From NCBI GenBank assembly GCA_038199465.1, contig JBBPYZ010000038.1, positions 1 through 36,921 on the forward strand: 36,921 nt of DNA. Reading direction: 5' to 3'. Source of the stretch: Acidimicrobiales bacterium (GTDB taxonomy: Bacteria; Actinomycetota; Acidimicrobiia; Acidimicrobiales; JAUJNH01). Shown piece by piece: positions 1-9,219 of this stretch (positions within the stretch are counted from its first letter, which is position 1; the number at the start of each line of letters is the position of its first letter). A program made the translations under genes and the position numbers. The notes beneath the pieces were generated by a model, which was not told the DNA's origin, did not search any database, and saw only the letters and a list, made by a program, of their open reading frames with translations.

Positions 1-158
1 GCCTCCAGCTCGGGGCGCAGCGGCGGCTCGACCGGCACCACCACGTGGGCGGCCACCGCTCCGGGCAGGGATCGCACCAGGCGGAGCAGGGCCTGATCGG
101 ACCCTCCACGCTCGGCGACGGGCTGGACGTACAGGATGGTGGGGGTGCGGGTCGCCAT
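1..158 (-). CDS. Glycosyltransferase (GT-B/GT4-like), N-terminal fragment; the gene runs off the left edge
   Basis: Not in the ORF track because it is truncated. My translation of the minus strand from ATG at 158..156 is MATRTPTILYVQPVAERGGSDQALLRLVRSLPGAVAAHVVVPVEPPLRPELE. Third codon positions are nearly all G/C. The sequence resembles N-termini of GT4 enzymes. Confidence 0.5.
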   Translation of the reverse strand, partial: MATRTPTILYVQPVAERGGSDQALLRLVRSLPGAVAAHVVVPVEPPLRPELE

Positions 159-1311
159 GAACCTCGAGCAGCTCCTCCAGCCGTCGCCGGGAGGCATCGG
201 ACGCTACACCGCCAGGCTGGCTGCCCACCTGCCCGCCGCTGGCTGGGACGTCCTGGGTTTCTGCGCCCTCCACCGCCGCGGCGACTTAGCCGTCGCCCTG
301 GCCGCCGAGGGGCTGGGGGCCACGGCCCCAACCATCCTCCCCCTTCCCCGCCCGGCCCTGTACGACGCCTGGGCTCGCCTGGGCCGGCCCGACGTCGCCT
401 CCATCGGCCGGCTCCGGGAGGCCGACCTGGTCTTCGCCCCGTCGGTCGCCGTGCCGCCCCGGCGCCGCCGCCCCCTCGTCGTCACCGTCCACGACGCCGC
501 CCCCTTCCTGTTCCCCGAGGCCTTCCCGCCCCGCGGCCTGCGCTTCCACCGGGACGGGATTGCCGCCGCCGCCCGTCGGGCCGACCTGGTCCTCACCGTC
601 TCGGAGAGCTCACGGGCCGAGCTGGTCGAGCACACCGCCATCGCCGAGGAGCGGATCCGCGTGGTGCCGAACGGGGTCGACCTCGACGTGGCCACCGAGG
701 GGCAGGTGCTGCAGCTGACCCGCCGCCTGAGCCTGGACGACCGGCCCTACGTGCTCTGGGTGGGCTCGCTCGAGCCCCGCAAGAACGTCGAGGCCCTGCT
801 CGGCCTCCCCGCCGCCCTGGCCGCCGCCGGCCTGCCCCACCGCCTGGCCCTGGTCGGCCCGTCGGGGTGGGGACCGACCGCGGGGCGGGTGCGGGAGGCG
901 GCGGCGGCGGCCGCCCCCGGCTCGGTGGTCCTGGTCGGCCCGGTGGGCGCCGCCGACCTGGCCCCCCTCTACCGAGGGGCGGCCCTGTTCTGCTTCCCGA
1001 GCGTGCACGAGGGCTTCGGCCTACCCGTGCTCGAGGCCATGGCCCAGGGCACCCCGGTGCTGTGCAGCACGGCGTCCTCACTGCCCGAGGTGGCCGGCCC
1101 GGCCGCCCGCTTCGTCGAGGGTTCGGGAGCGGTCGGCCCGGGCCCGAGCGGCCCCACGGAGCGGGAGAGGTGGGATGCGGCGGTGGTCCAGCTGCTCGGG
1201 GACGAACGGGCCCTGGCCGACCTGGCCGCCGCCGGCCCGGCCCGGGCCGCCGCCTTCCCCTGGTCCGCCTGCGCCCAGGCCACGGCGGCCGTCTTCGGGG
1301 AGGTGTCGTAG
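136..1311 (+). CDS. Glycosyltransferase family 4 (GT-B fold)
   Basis: Track ORF 136..1311. GT4 C-terminal signature block LYRGAALFCFPSVHEGFGLPVLEAMAQGTPVLCS, an EPRKN motif, and N-terminal PSPGGIGRYT. The start is ambiguous: ATG136, GTG145 (giving MRVAMN) or ATG157. Confidence 0.9.
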   Translation: MVGVRVAMNLEQLLQPSPGGIGRYTARLAAHLPAAGWDVLGFCALHRRGDLAVALAAEGLGATAPTILPLPRPALYDAWARLGRPDVASIGRLREADLVFAPSVAVPPRRRRPLVVTVHDAAPFLFPEAFPPRGLRFHRDGIAAAARRADLVLTVSESSRAELVEHTAIAEERIRVVPNGVDLDVATEGQVLQLTRRLSLDDRPYVLWVGSLEPRKNVEALLGLPAALAAAGLPHRLALVGPSGWGPTAGRVREAAAAAAPGSVVLVGPVGAADLAPLYRGAALFCFPSVHEGFGLPVLEAMAQGTPVLCSTASSLPEVAGPAARFVEGSGAVGPGPSGPTERERWDAAVVQLLGDERALADLAAAGPARAAAFPWSACAQATAAVFGEVS

Positions 1312-1430
1312 GCCCTGCTGAAGGAGCGAGGCATGTGCTCGCACCGGCCGGGCCTGCGACGAGGCCAGCGCTCGCCGCAGCCGAGCCGACTACTTCAGCA
1401 GCTCCTCGCCAGGTACGCTCGCTCTCCGGC

Positions 1431-2306
1431 ATGGGCAAGGCATCGTCATCGAAGAAGGTCGCGCGGGCCGCAGGCATCGGCGGCGGTCGCACCAACCGCG
1501 GCAAGGCACCGGTCCTTTGGTACTCCACCCTGGTCGTCATCCTGCTGGCCGGCGTCGGCCTCACCGCCTTCAGCCGTGACCAGCGCCTCGAGGAGCTCGG
1601 CTCGCCCACCAGCAAGGAGGAGCCCCGACCGGGCACCCACTGGCACGTCGCCCTCGGCGTGCGGGTGTGCGACCAGTGGCTCGACCCGCTGAGCACCGAG
1701 ACCGACAACAACGGCATCCACACCCACGGCGACGGGTTGATCCACGTCGAGCCCAACCTGGCCTCGGTCTCGGGTCGCCGTGCCACCTTCGAGCGCTTCG
1801 TCGAGCCGGTCAAGGGCGAGGTGGCGGCCGACCGGTTCTCCTGGCCCGAGGGTGACGGCAAGAAGAAGGTTCAGCACAAGACCGGCGACAAGTGCGGTGA
1901 GCAGGAGGGTGAGGTCAAGACCTTCTACAACGGCGAGGTGCACGAAGGTGACCCGAGCGAGATCCGCCTGACCGACCAGGGCAAGTTGGTGCTGGCCTTC
2001 GTCCCGAAGGGCACGACGTACGACCAGATCGGCGATCCGCCGAGCACCGCGGAGCTGGCCAAGCAGGGGGCCCCCGAGCGGCAGCAGTCGCAGTCCTCGG
2101 CCGCCGACCCGGCCGCTGCCACCCATGAGGAGGGCGACGACCACGCCCCCGGCGAGCACGACGAAGCGCCGGCCGACCCCACCGACCCCACGGTCAGCAC
2201 CGCACCAGCCGAGGGATCCACGGCGACGACCGTGGCGCCGGAGCCACCCCCCCCGCCCTCCTCCGAGGCGCCGCGGTCATCGAGCGCCCCTCCCGCCGGG
2301 GGTTAG
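1431..2306 (+). CDS. Membrane-anchored extracytoplasmic protein of unknown function with a His-rich motif and a Pro/Ser/Ala-rich tail
   Basis: In-frame 3' part of track ORF 45..2306, starting at ATG 1431 (MGKASSSKK). It has a basic N-terminus, one TM helix (VLWYSTLVVILLAGVGLTAF), an ectodomain with HWHVALGVRVCD and GIHTHGDGLIHVEP, and a low-complexity C-terminus ending PEPPPPPSSEAP. Confidence 0.7.
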   Translation: MGKASSSKKVARAAGIGGGRTNRGKAPVLWYSTLVVILLAGVGLTAFSRDQRLEELGSPTSKEEPRPGTHWHVALGVRVCDQWLDPLSTETDNNGIHTHGDGLIHVEPNLASVSGRRATFERFVEPVKGEVAADRFSWPEGDGKKKVQHKTGDKCGEQEGEVKTFYNGEVHEGDPSEIRLTDQGKLVLAFVPKGTTYDQIGDPPSTAELAKQGAPERQQSQSSAADPAAATHEEGDDHAPGEHDEAPADPTDPTVSTAPAEGSTATTVAPEPPPPPSSEAPRSSSAPPAGG

Positions 2307-2310
2307 GAGC

Positions 2311-3423
2311 GTGGACGCCGTCGTGCTCGTCGGCGGCTTCGGCACCCGGCTGCGGCCGCTCACCCTCACCGTCCCGAAGAACCTCGTCCCCGTGGCGGGG
2401 GTTCCCCTCATCGAGCGGGTCATCGCCCGTCTGGCCGCCCACGGCGTCGACCGGGTGGTGCTGTCGCTCGGCTACCGGCCGGACAGCTTCTTCGCCGCCT
2501 TCCCCGACGACACCGTCGCCGGGGTCCCCCTCACCTACGTGGTCGAGCCCGAGCCCCTCGACACCGGAGGGGCCATCCGCTTCGCCGCCCGCCAGGCCGG
2601 CCTGCGCGACACCTTCCTGGTGGTCAACGGCGACGTGCTCACCGACCTCGACTTCACCGAGCTGATCGACGCCCACCGGCGAACGGGAGCCGAGGCCACC
2701 ATCGCCCTCACCCCCGTCGAGGACCCCTCCCGCTTCGGTGTGGTCACCACCGACAACGACGGTCGGGTCACGGCATTTCTCGAAAAGCCGGCCTTCCTCG
2801 AGCAGCCTGCCCCGGGCACGGCGCCGACCAACCTGATCAACGCCGGCACCTACGTGTTCGAGCCCTCGGTGCTGGCCCGGATCCCGGCCGACCGGAAGGT
2901 GTCGCTCGAGCGGGAGGTGTTCCCGGCCCTGGTGGCCGACGGCACCCTCTTCGCCCTCGCCTCCGAGCGCTACTGGCTCGACGTCGGGCTGCCCGACTCC
3001 TACCTGCAGGCCTCGACCGACCTCCTCGACGGCACCCGGGGCGCCGGTCCGCCCACCCCAGGCGCCGACCGCCGGGCCGAGGGGGGCTGGACGCTGGGCG
3101 AGCCCGTCGTCGACCCTGGCGCCGACATCGACGACCAGAGCCTGCTGTGCGACGGCTGCCACGTGGGCCCGGCCGTCGAGGCCCGCCGCTCGGTGATCGG
3201 TCCGGCCAGCCGGGTGGCCGGCGGGGTCCGGCTCGAGGACGCCGTGCTGCTGGCCGGCGCCATCATCGGCGAGGGCGCGCTCATCGAGCGCAGCATCATC
3301 GGCCCCGGCGCCGTGGTCGGCGCCGGGGCGAAGGTCACCGATCTCTCGGTGCTGGGCGAAGGCGTCGTGGTGCCGGCTGGCACCTCGCTGTCCGGCGCTC
3401 GAGTGCCCGACCAGCCCGACTGA
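2311..3423 (+). CDS. Mannose-1-phosphate guanylyltransferase (GDP-mannose pyrophosphorylase; Rv3264c ManB-like, E. coli ManC function)
   Basis: GTG 2311 is in frame with track ORF 2125..3423. VDAVVLVGGFGTRLRPLTLTVPKNLVP is a nucleotidyltransferase G-loop. INAGTYVFEP and SLEREVFPALVADG blocks match my recollection of M. tuberculosis ManB. The C-terminus has hexapeptide-repeat (left-handed beta-helix) character. Confidence 0.9.
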   Translation: MDAVVLVGGFGTRLRPLTLTVPKNLVPVAGVPLIERVIARLAAHGVDRVVLSLGYRPDSFFAAFPDDTVAGVPLTYVVEPEPLDTGGAIRFAARQAGLRDTFLVVNGDVLTDLDFTELIDAHRRTGAEATIALTPVEDPSRFGVVTTDNDGRVTAFLEKPAFLEQPAPGTAPTNLINAGTYVFEPSVLARIPADRKVSLEREVFPALVADGTLFALASERYWLDVGLPDSYLQASTDLLDGTRGAGPPTPGADRRAEGGWTLGEPVVDPGADIDDQSLLCDGCHVGPAVEARRSVIGPASRVAGGVRLEDAVLLAGAIIGEGALIERSIIGPGAVVGAGAKVTDLSVLGEGVVVPAGTSLSGARVPDQPD

Positions 3424-3441
3424 CTGCACGGAAGCCCTGCG

Positions 3442-3939
3442 GTGAGCGTGGCGGATCCGGAGCGGTCCAGGAGCAGAGCGGTGGTGGCACAGGCCGGGAC
3501 GCCGGGGGAGCCAGGGCCGCTGCTGCGGATCGCGCGCGACCAGCGAGTCGTGTTCCTCGTCGTCGGCGTCGTCAACACCGCCGTCGGGGTGGCGTGGTTC
3601 ACGTCCTTCCAGCTGATCCTGGGCGGGGTCGTGCACTACCTCGTCGTGCTGCTGATGGCGCACGTCGCCAGCGTGCTGTGCGCGTTCGTCCTCTACCGTC
3701 GCGTCGTCTTCCGGGTTCGCGGCCCCGTATGGCGAGACCTGTTGCGATTCCAACTCGTCTACGTCACGGCGCTCGTCGTGAACTTCCTGCTCCTGCCGAT
3801 GCTCGTGGAGATCGCCGGTGTGCCGGTCCTCCCGGCACAGTTCCTCATCGTCGGCGTGACGGCCATGATCAGCTTCTTCGGGCACAAGCACTTCTCGTTC
3901 CGCCGGCCGTCGATCCACCAGGACGGGGATTGGCCGTGA
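3442..3939 (+). CDS. GtrA family membrane protein (polyprenyl-phosphate-sugar handling/flippase family)
   Basis: Track ORF of 165 aa with four predicted TM helices. It shows a GtrA-like N-terminus (FLVVGVVNTAVGVAWF) and C-terminus (ISFFGHKHFSFR). Confidence 0.85.
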   Translation: MSVADPERSRSRAVVAQAGTPGEPGPLLRIARDQRVVFLVVGVVNTAVGVAWFTSFQLILGGVVHYLVVLLMAHVASVLCAFVLYRRVVFRVRGPVWRDLLRFQLVYVTALVVNFLLLPMLVEIAGVPVLPAQFLIVGVTAMISFFGHKHFSFRRPSIHQDGDWP

Positions 3940-4778
3940 GGGGTCCTCGGGTCTCTGTCGTGGTGCCCACCTACCAGAACGCCGCCTTTGTCGAGGCGAC
4001 GATGCGCTCGGTGCTCACCCAGACGTTCGCCGACTTCGAGCTCGTCGTCGCCGACCAGTCGTCGACCGACGGCACGTGGGAGGTGCTGCAGCAGTTCAAG
4101 ACAGACCGCCGGGTCCAGCTCCTGCGCACGGACTCAGGGGGAGGGGCGCCTTGCAACTGGAACCGGGTGACCGACGCTGCCCAGGGGGAGCTGATCAAGC
4201 TCGTGTGCGCTGACGATCTCGTGCGGCCGGCGTGCCTGTCGGAGCAGGTGGCGGCTCTCGACGCGGCGCCGACCGCGGTGATGGTCGCCTGCCGACGCGA
4301 GATCATCGACGCCCGGGGCTGCACGGTCGTGCGGTCCCGCGGCCTGCCGAGGATGACCGGACTGGTTCGAGGCCAAGCCGCCGTCCGGCTCGCCGTGCGC
4401 GCCGGCACCAACGTGTTCGGTGAGCCAGCCTGCGTCATGATGCGGCGGGCGGTGCTCGAGGAGGCCGGTGGCTGGGCCGCTTCGCAGCCGTACCTGATCG
4501 ACCAGGGGACGTACGCGAACGTCCTGCGCCACGGGGATCTCGTCGCCCAGCCTCAGGTGCTGGCGGCGTTCAGGATCAGCGCCCAGGCCTGGAGCGTGGC
4601 GCTGGTCCAAGACCAGGCGCGGCAGGCCGCGCGTTTTCACCGATCCCTCATGGGGTCGGACGGCGTCGTGTCGGCGTCGGACGTGCGCCTCGGCAACGCC
4701 CGGGCGCTGCTGATGGCGCACGGCCGGCGCCTGGCGTACCTGCGGCTCGGTGCTCGCATGCACCCAGCACCCCGGTGA
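3936..4778 (+). CDS. Glycosyltransferase family 2 (soluble GT-A)
   Basis: GTG 3936 is in frame with track ORF 3147..4778 and overlaps the GtrA stop as GTGA. RVSVVVPTYQNAAFVEATMRSVLTQTFADFELVVADQSSTDGT is a classic GT2 N-terminus. CADD is the DxD-type motif. No TM helices are seen. Confidence 0.85.
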   Translation: MRGPRVSVVVPTYQNAAFVEATMRSVLTQTFADFELVVADQSSTDGTWEVLQQFKTDRRVQLLRTDSGGGAPCNWNRVTDAAQGELIKLVCADDLVRPACLSEQVAALDAAPTAVMVACRREIIDARGCTVVRSRGLPRMTGLVRGQAAVRLAVRAGTNVFGEPACVMMRRAVLEEAGGWAASQPYLIDQGTYANVLRHGDLVAQPQVLAAFRISAQAWSVALVQDQARQAARFHRSLMGSDGVVSASDVRLGNARALLMAHGRRLAYLRLGARMHPAPR

Positions 4779-7093
4779 CCAACACGTTGGCCTCCACCGA
4801 GGCGGGCCCGGCTGGGGCTACAGGCCCCGGCGACACCGGCCGGGAACCCCGCCGCCGGCCGTCCGCCCGCCTCGGCGAGCTTCCGCTGTACCTGGCGGCC
4901 CTTGGCCTGACCTGTCTCTTCACGACGCTGGCGCTGCAGCTGTGGGACGCCAGCCGGGCCGTCCCGTTCACCTACGATGGCGATGCCCTGGCGGTCGGAG
5001 CCCACTTCAAGACCGTGTTGGAGACCGGGTGGTACGAGAACCAGCCGATGCTCGGGGCGCCGTTCGGGCAGATGTACCACGACTTCCCGCAGGCCGACAA
5101 CCTTCACCTGGCCGCCGTCGCCGTCATGAACGTCTTCGTCGACAACTGGGCGGTCGCGTTCAACGCCTACTACCTGCTGGGCTTCCCCCTCGCCGCTCTC
5201 ACCGCGGTCTGGTTCTTCCGGCTGGTGGGGGTCTCACGTGCGTTCACGTTGGTGCTGGCCGTGCTGTTCGCGCTTCTGCCCTACCACTTCGAGAAGAACC
5301 AGGGGCACCTGTTCCTCGCCTCGTACTACCCGGTGCCCCTGGGGGCTGGCGTCGTTCTCATGGCCTTGCGAGGCACATCGCTCTGGAGCCTGGGGGCGGG
5401 TGCGCGCTCGCGCGTCCTCGCCCGGTTGACCTGCCCCGCGGTGCTGACCGTGCTGGCGATGGTGCTGGTGGGCGCGGCCTCGACGTACTACAGCATCTTC
5501 ACCGCGATCCTGCTGGCCGTCGCCGGGCTGGTCGCCCTGTGGCGGGACGGCAGCTGGCGACGCTTCGTGGGCGCCGCGGCCGCCGGAGCCCTTCTGTTGG
5601 CCACGATGCTCGTGAACATGGCCCCGGACCTGCTCTACGCCCGAGGTCGGGAGGCCAACACGCTCGCATTCACGCGGGACGCTGGCGAGGCGGATGTCTA
5701 TGGGCTCAAGTTGGCGCAGCTGCTGCTGCCCTCCTTCCACCATCGCTGGCAACCGCTGGGCGAGCTGCGTTTGACCTACAACCGTGAGTTCCCGCTCCCG
5801 AGCGAGTCACCCGTGCTCGGTGCGGTCGCGGCGGCCGGCCTGGTCATCCTCCTCATCGTCGTGGTGTCCGCCTTGGCCCGGCGGCGGCCCGCTTCCGCCC
5901 GCACGAGCCTTCGGCTGCGGCACCTCGCCCTCCTCACGCTCGTCTCGTTGGGGGTGGCCGGGATCGGCGGCTTCTCGACGCTCATCGCACTCTTCGTCAC
6001 GGACAACGTGCGCAGCTGGAACCGGATGTCGATCTTCATCGCGCTCTTCTGCCTCGCGGCGGTCGGCGTCGCCCTTGACGTGCTGGTGCGGTGGGTGCAA
6101 TGCCTGCGTCCCGACAGCCGCAAGCTCGGTGTCGTCCTGCCGACGGTTCTGGGGTTGTTCTTGATGGGGCTCGGGATCCTGGACCAGACGAGTGGCGACT
6201 ACATCCCGAACTACAAGGGTGTGCGGGAGTCGTACTACAGCGACGCGGCGTACGTGCGGGAGATCGAGGACCAGCTGCCGGCCGGCGCCGCCGTCTACCA
6301 GGTGCCACATCAAGTGTTTCCGGAGTCGCCGGCCGTCAACGGCGTGCCTGACCCGGACCCGTTGCGGTTGTACCTGAGCTCCACCGACACGCGATGGAGC
6401 GCGGGCGGTCTGAAGGGCCGGCCGCAAGCCGACTGGCCGTTGCGACTGGCCGACAAGCCGATCTCCACGGTCGTCCCCCTGCTCGCGGTCTCCGGCTTCT
6501 CCGGCATCAGCGCGGACCGCCTGGCGCTCGGAGATGCGGCCGCACGGTTGGAGGACGACCTGACGTGGCAGCTCGGTGCAGGACCGACAGCGGCGAGCAG
6601 CGATGGCCGATTCGTGTTCTGGCCGCTCGCCGGTGCCGAGGCGGAGATGGCCAGCCGCTACGACGAGTCCGCTCGGGAGGCGCTGCGTGCGTCGACCCTG
6701 CTGCCGCCGGTTCCGTACGCCGGGCCCGGCTTCGAACGCCCCATGGTGCTCGACGGCAAGGTGGTGTGGCGCAGCCGGAAGCCGACAGCGCAGCTCCTGC
6801 TGGACAACCCCCGGGACAGCCCCCTCGCCGTGCACCTCTCCTTCGCATTGGCCTCGGTGGCGGGTGCCGAGAACGTCGAGGTCCGGCTTCCGGGCCGCGA
6901 CCCGATCTCTTTGGACCTGACTGAGGGTCTGGCCCCGGTTGCGGTGGACCTCGTACTCCGCCCGGGACACAGCGTCGTCCGGCTTCGCGTCACGTCGGCG
7001 GCCCGGGTGGTCGCCGGGCCGCCTCGCCCTGCGGCATTCGATGTCATCGACATCGACCTGACCGACCCCGCCTTTGAAAGCTTTCAGCCCTGA
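4775..7093 (+). CDS. Polytopic membrane protein, putative GT-C-type glycosyltransferase with a C-terminal extracytoplasmic domain
   Basis: Track ORF of 772 aa. The start GTG overlaps the previous stop as GTGA. There are many hydrophobic helices. An acidic YDGD motif sits in the first loop right after TM1, which is typical placement for GT-C enzymes. A soluble domain of about 270 aa follows the last helix. The exact family is not recognised. Confidence 0.75.
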   Translation: MTNTLASTEAGPAGATGPGDTGREPRRRPSARLGELPLYLAALGLTCLFTTLALQLWDASRAVPFTYDGDALAVGAHFKTVLETGWYENQPMLGAPFGQMYHDFPQADNLHLAAVAVMNVFVDNWAVAFNAYYLLGFPLAALTAVWFFRLVGVSRAFTLVLAVLFALLPYHFEKNQGHLFLASYYPVPLGAGVVLMALRGTSLWSLGAGARSRVLARLTCPAVLTVLAMVLVGAASTYYSIFTAILLAVAGLVALWRDGSWRRFVGAAAAGALLLATMLVNMAPDLLYARGREANTLAFTRDAGEADVYGLKLAQLLLPSFHHRWQPLGELRLTYNREFPLPSESPVLGAVAAAGLVILLIVVVSALARRRPASARTSLRLRHLALLTLVSLGVAGIGGFSTLIALFVTDNVRSWNRMSIFIALFCLAAVGVALDVLVRWVQCLRPDSRKLGVVLPTVLGLFLMGLGILDQTSGDYIPNYKGVRESYYSDAAYVREIEDQLPAGAAVYQVPHQVFPESPAVNGVPDPDPLRLYLSSTDTRWSAGGLKGRPQADWPLRLADKPISTVVPLLAVSGFSGISADRLALGDAAARLEDDLTWQLGAGPTAASSDGRFVFWPLAGAEAEMASRYDESAREALRASTLLPPVPYAGPGFERPMVLDGKVVWRSRKPTAQLLLDNPRDSPLAVHLSFALASVAGAENVEVRLPGRDPISLDLTEGLAPVAVDLVLRPGHSVVRLRVTSAARVVAGPPRPAAFDVIDIDLTDPAFESFQP

Positions 7094-7137
7094 GCCAACG
7101 GCTGGGCCGACGAGGGGCTCCACTACGCTGGGAACCT

Positions 7138-8184
7138 GTGCTTGAGGACGCCGAGGCGGAGCAACCGCATCGGGTCTCCGTCGTGATCCCGGTGTACCAG
7201 GGCGAGCGGACGCTCTCCGGCGTCGTAGATGAGGTGCTCCAGCTCGCCACTCCGACGCTATCCCCAGACGGCAACCTGGTCGTCGTCAGCGAGATCCTCC
7301 TAGTCCACGATCATGGCCCGGACGAGTCCGCGGACGTCATCCGGCGGCTCGAGGTCGAGCATCCCCGGGTGAGGTCGCTTTGGCTGAGTCGCAACTTCGG
7401 TCAGCACGCGGCCACCTTGGCGGGCATGGCCTCCTCAGGCGGCGACTGGATCGCCACACTGGACGAGGACGGCCAGCACGACCCTGCCGTCCTGCCCTCC
7501 TTCGTCGACGCGGCCCTCCGGGACGGCGCGACCTTGGTCTATGCGGCTCCGACGAACCGGGCTCCCCACGGCTTCTTCCGCAACACCGCATCCCGGACCG
7601 CCAAGTGGCTGGTGGCGCGGCTGGCCGGCGAGGAGACCACCAAGTACCAGAGCTATCGGTTGGTGCTCGGCGAGATCGGCCGGAGCGTCGCCGCCTACTC
7701 GGGATCCGGCGTCTACCTGGACGTGGCGATCGGCTGGGTCAACGCCAAGACGACGACGTGCCCCGTCCGATGTCGAGGTGAGGGGGGTCGGCGGTCCGGC
7801 TACTCCGGCCGGCGGCTGCTCTCACACTTTTGGCGGCTCGTGTTGTCAAGCGGTACCAGGGCGCTCCGGATCGTCAGCTGGCTGGGGGTGATGTTCGCCG
7901 TCATCGGTGTCGTCGTCGCCGGCTCCCTGGTGGTGTCCCGGCTCACCGGCGCCACCGTTCCGGAGGGTTGGACCTCCACCGTCGTGGCGCTCCTCCTCGG
8001 CACCGGAGCGATCCTCTTCTCACTTGGGGTGATCGCTGAGTACCTCGGCGTCGCGGTGAACATGGCGATGGGAAAGCCCCTCTACCTCATCGTGTCGGAT
8101 CCGGCGCATGGTCCACTTGCCCGTCCGAACGCACCGCGGCGTGGTGCTGCAGGGAACTTGGAAGACGAGTCCCGTCACGGATGA
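7138..8184 (+). CDS. GT2 polyprenyl-phosphate glycosyltransferase (GtrB/ArnC/Dpm1-like) with two C-terminal TM helices
   Basis: Track ORF of 348 aa. VSVVIPVYQGE, LSRNFGQHAATLAGM and LDEDGQHDP motifs are typical of polyprenyl-phosphate sugar synthases. C-terminal helices are WLGVMFAVIGVVVAGSLVV and VVALLLGTGAILFSLGVIAEYLG. Confidence 0.85.
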   Translation: MLEDAEAEQPHRVSVVIPVYQGERTLSGVVDEVLQLATPTLSPDGNLVVVSEILLVHDHGPDESADVIRRLEVEHPRVRSLWLSRNFGQHAATLAGMASSGGDWIATLDEDGQHDPAVLPSFVDAALRDGATLVYAAPTNRAPHGFFRNTASRTAKWLVARLAGEETTKYQSYRLVLGEIGRSVAAYSGSGVYLDVAIGWVNAKTTTCPVRCRGEGGRRSGYSGRRLLSHFWRLVLSSGTRALRIVSWLGVMFAVIGVVVAGSLVVSRLTGATVPEGWTSTVVALLLGTGAILFSLGVIAEYLGVAVNMAMGKPLYLIVSDPAHGPLARPNAPRRGAAGNLEDESRHG

Positions 8185-9170
8185 CGGCCCTCACCTGGGT
8201 GGTCGGGCGCGGCGGCTTGCTGGGCGGCGCGGTCGAACGGGCCCTGTCCAGGACCACCGCCGTGTGGACGCCGTCCGAGCAGGTGCCGTGGGACGACCAC
8301 CGCGCCGCGGCGGCGCTGCTGCGGGCCACTGAAGGCTTTGCCGCCGCGGCGGGATCCGGTACGTGGCAGCTCGCCTGGTGTGCTGGTGCGGGCGTGACGA
8401 CATCGACGGCCGGTGAGCTGACCGTCGAGATCAGGCTTCTCCAGATGACTCTTGAAGCGCTCGCCAGGAGCGGGCTCGGGTCAGGGGCAGTCTTCCTGGC
8501 CAGCTCGGCCGGCGGGGTGTACGCCGGAGCCCCAGGCACCCCACCCTTCACTGAGCACACGCCGCCGGTCCCCTTGTCCCCGTACGGCGCGGCGAAGCTC
8601 GAGGCTGAGCGCCTCGCGGTCACGTGGGGCCGGCGAACCGGGATACCCGTGGTCGTCGGTCGCATCGCGAACCTCTACGGCCCCGGACAGAGCCTCCTCA
8701 AGCCGCAGGGCCTGATCTCGCGGTTCTGTCTGGCCCACCTCACCGGTCAGCCCCTGTCCATCTACGTGCCGCTTGACACGGTGCGGGATCACCTCTACGT
8801 CGACGACTGCGCCGCTCTGGTCGCCCAGACCTTGCGAGCAGCTCACCGGTTGCCCGCCGGCACCTCAGTCACGAAGATCCTGGCCTCGCACCGCGCGCTG
8901 ACCATCGGCGCGCTGCTGGGAGAGATGCGCCGGCTCCTGCGCCGGCCACCCCGGATCGTCTTCGGCGCATCCGCGGCGGCTCGCTTCCAGGCGCTCGACC
9001 TGCGCCTGCAGTCGGTGACGTGGCCAGAGCTCGACCGGCGCACCTTGACACCGCTCCCGGTCGGGATCAGCGAGACGATGGAGGATCTTCGGGCTGCGCT
9101 GCGGATGGGTTCTCTGTGGCCCCCGGTTCACGCCTCGGCGGACCTCCAACGCTCCGGAGCAGTCGGGTGA
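8181..9170 (+). CDS. NAD-dependent epimerase/dehydratase family (extended SDR)
   Basis: Track ORF of 329 aa. The ATG overlaps the previous stop as ATGA. GRGGLLG fits a GxxGxxG Rossmann motif. SPYGAAKLEAE contains YxxxK. Confidence 0.85.
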   Translation: MTALTWVVGRGGLLGGAVERALSRTTAVWTPSEQVPWDDHRAAAALLRATEGFAAAAGSGTWQLAWCAGAGVTTSTAGELTVEIRLLQMTLEALARSGLGSGAVFLASSAGGVYAGAPGTPPFTEHTPPVPLSPYGAAKLEAERLAVTWGRRTGIPVVVGRIANLYGPGQSLLKPQGLISRFCLAHLTGQPLSIYVPLDTVRDHLYVDDCAALVAQTLRAAHRLPAGTSVTKILASHRALTIGALLGEMRRLLRRPPRIVFGASAAARFQALDLRLQSVTWPELDRRTLTPLPVGISETMEDLRAALRMGSLWPPVHASADLQRSGAVG

Positions 9171-9219
9171 GCCTTGTGCCGGTCGGCTCCGCCTCGCTCC
9201 GATCTCGTGGAGGGCCTTG

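Noticed and set aside
1315-1401. Inverted repeat CTGCTGAAG (1315..1323) / CTTCAGCAG (1393..1401) in the spacer after the GT4 gene.
   Set aside because: The loop of roughly 70 nt is very long, there is no U-tract and I recognise no riboswitch or sRNA pattern. Such 9-mers can pair by chance in GC-rich DNA.
45-1430. The N-terminal 460 codons of the 753-aa track ORF 45..2306.
   Set aside because: The translation is Arg/Pro/Gly noise. It overlaps the well-supported GT4 gene out of frame. Only the part from ATG 1431 looks like a protein.
2194-3918. 574-aa minus-strand ORF antisense to the manB-type and GtrA genes.
   Set aside because: This is a shadow frame typical of GC-rich DNA. It has a low-complexity Arg/Gly/Asp/His composition and no recognisable motifs, and it overlaps two motif-supported plus-strand genes.
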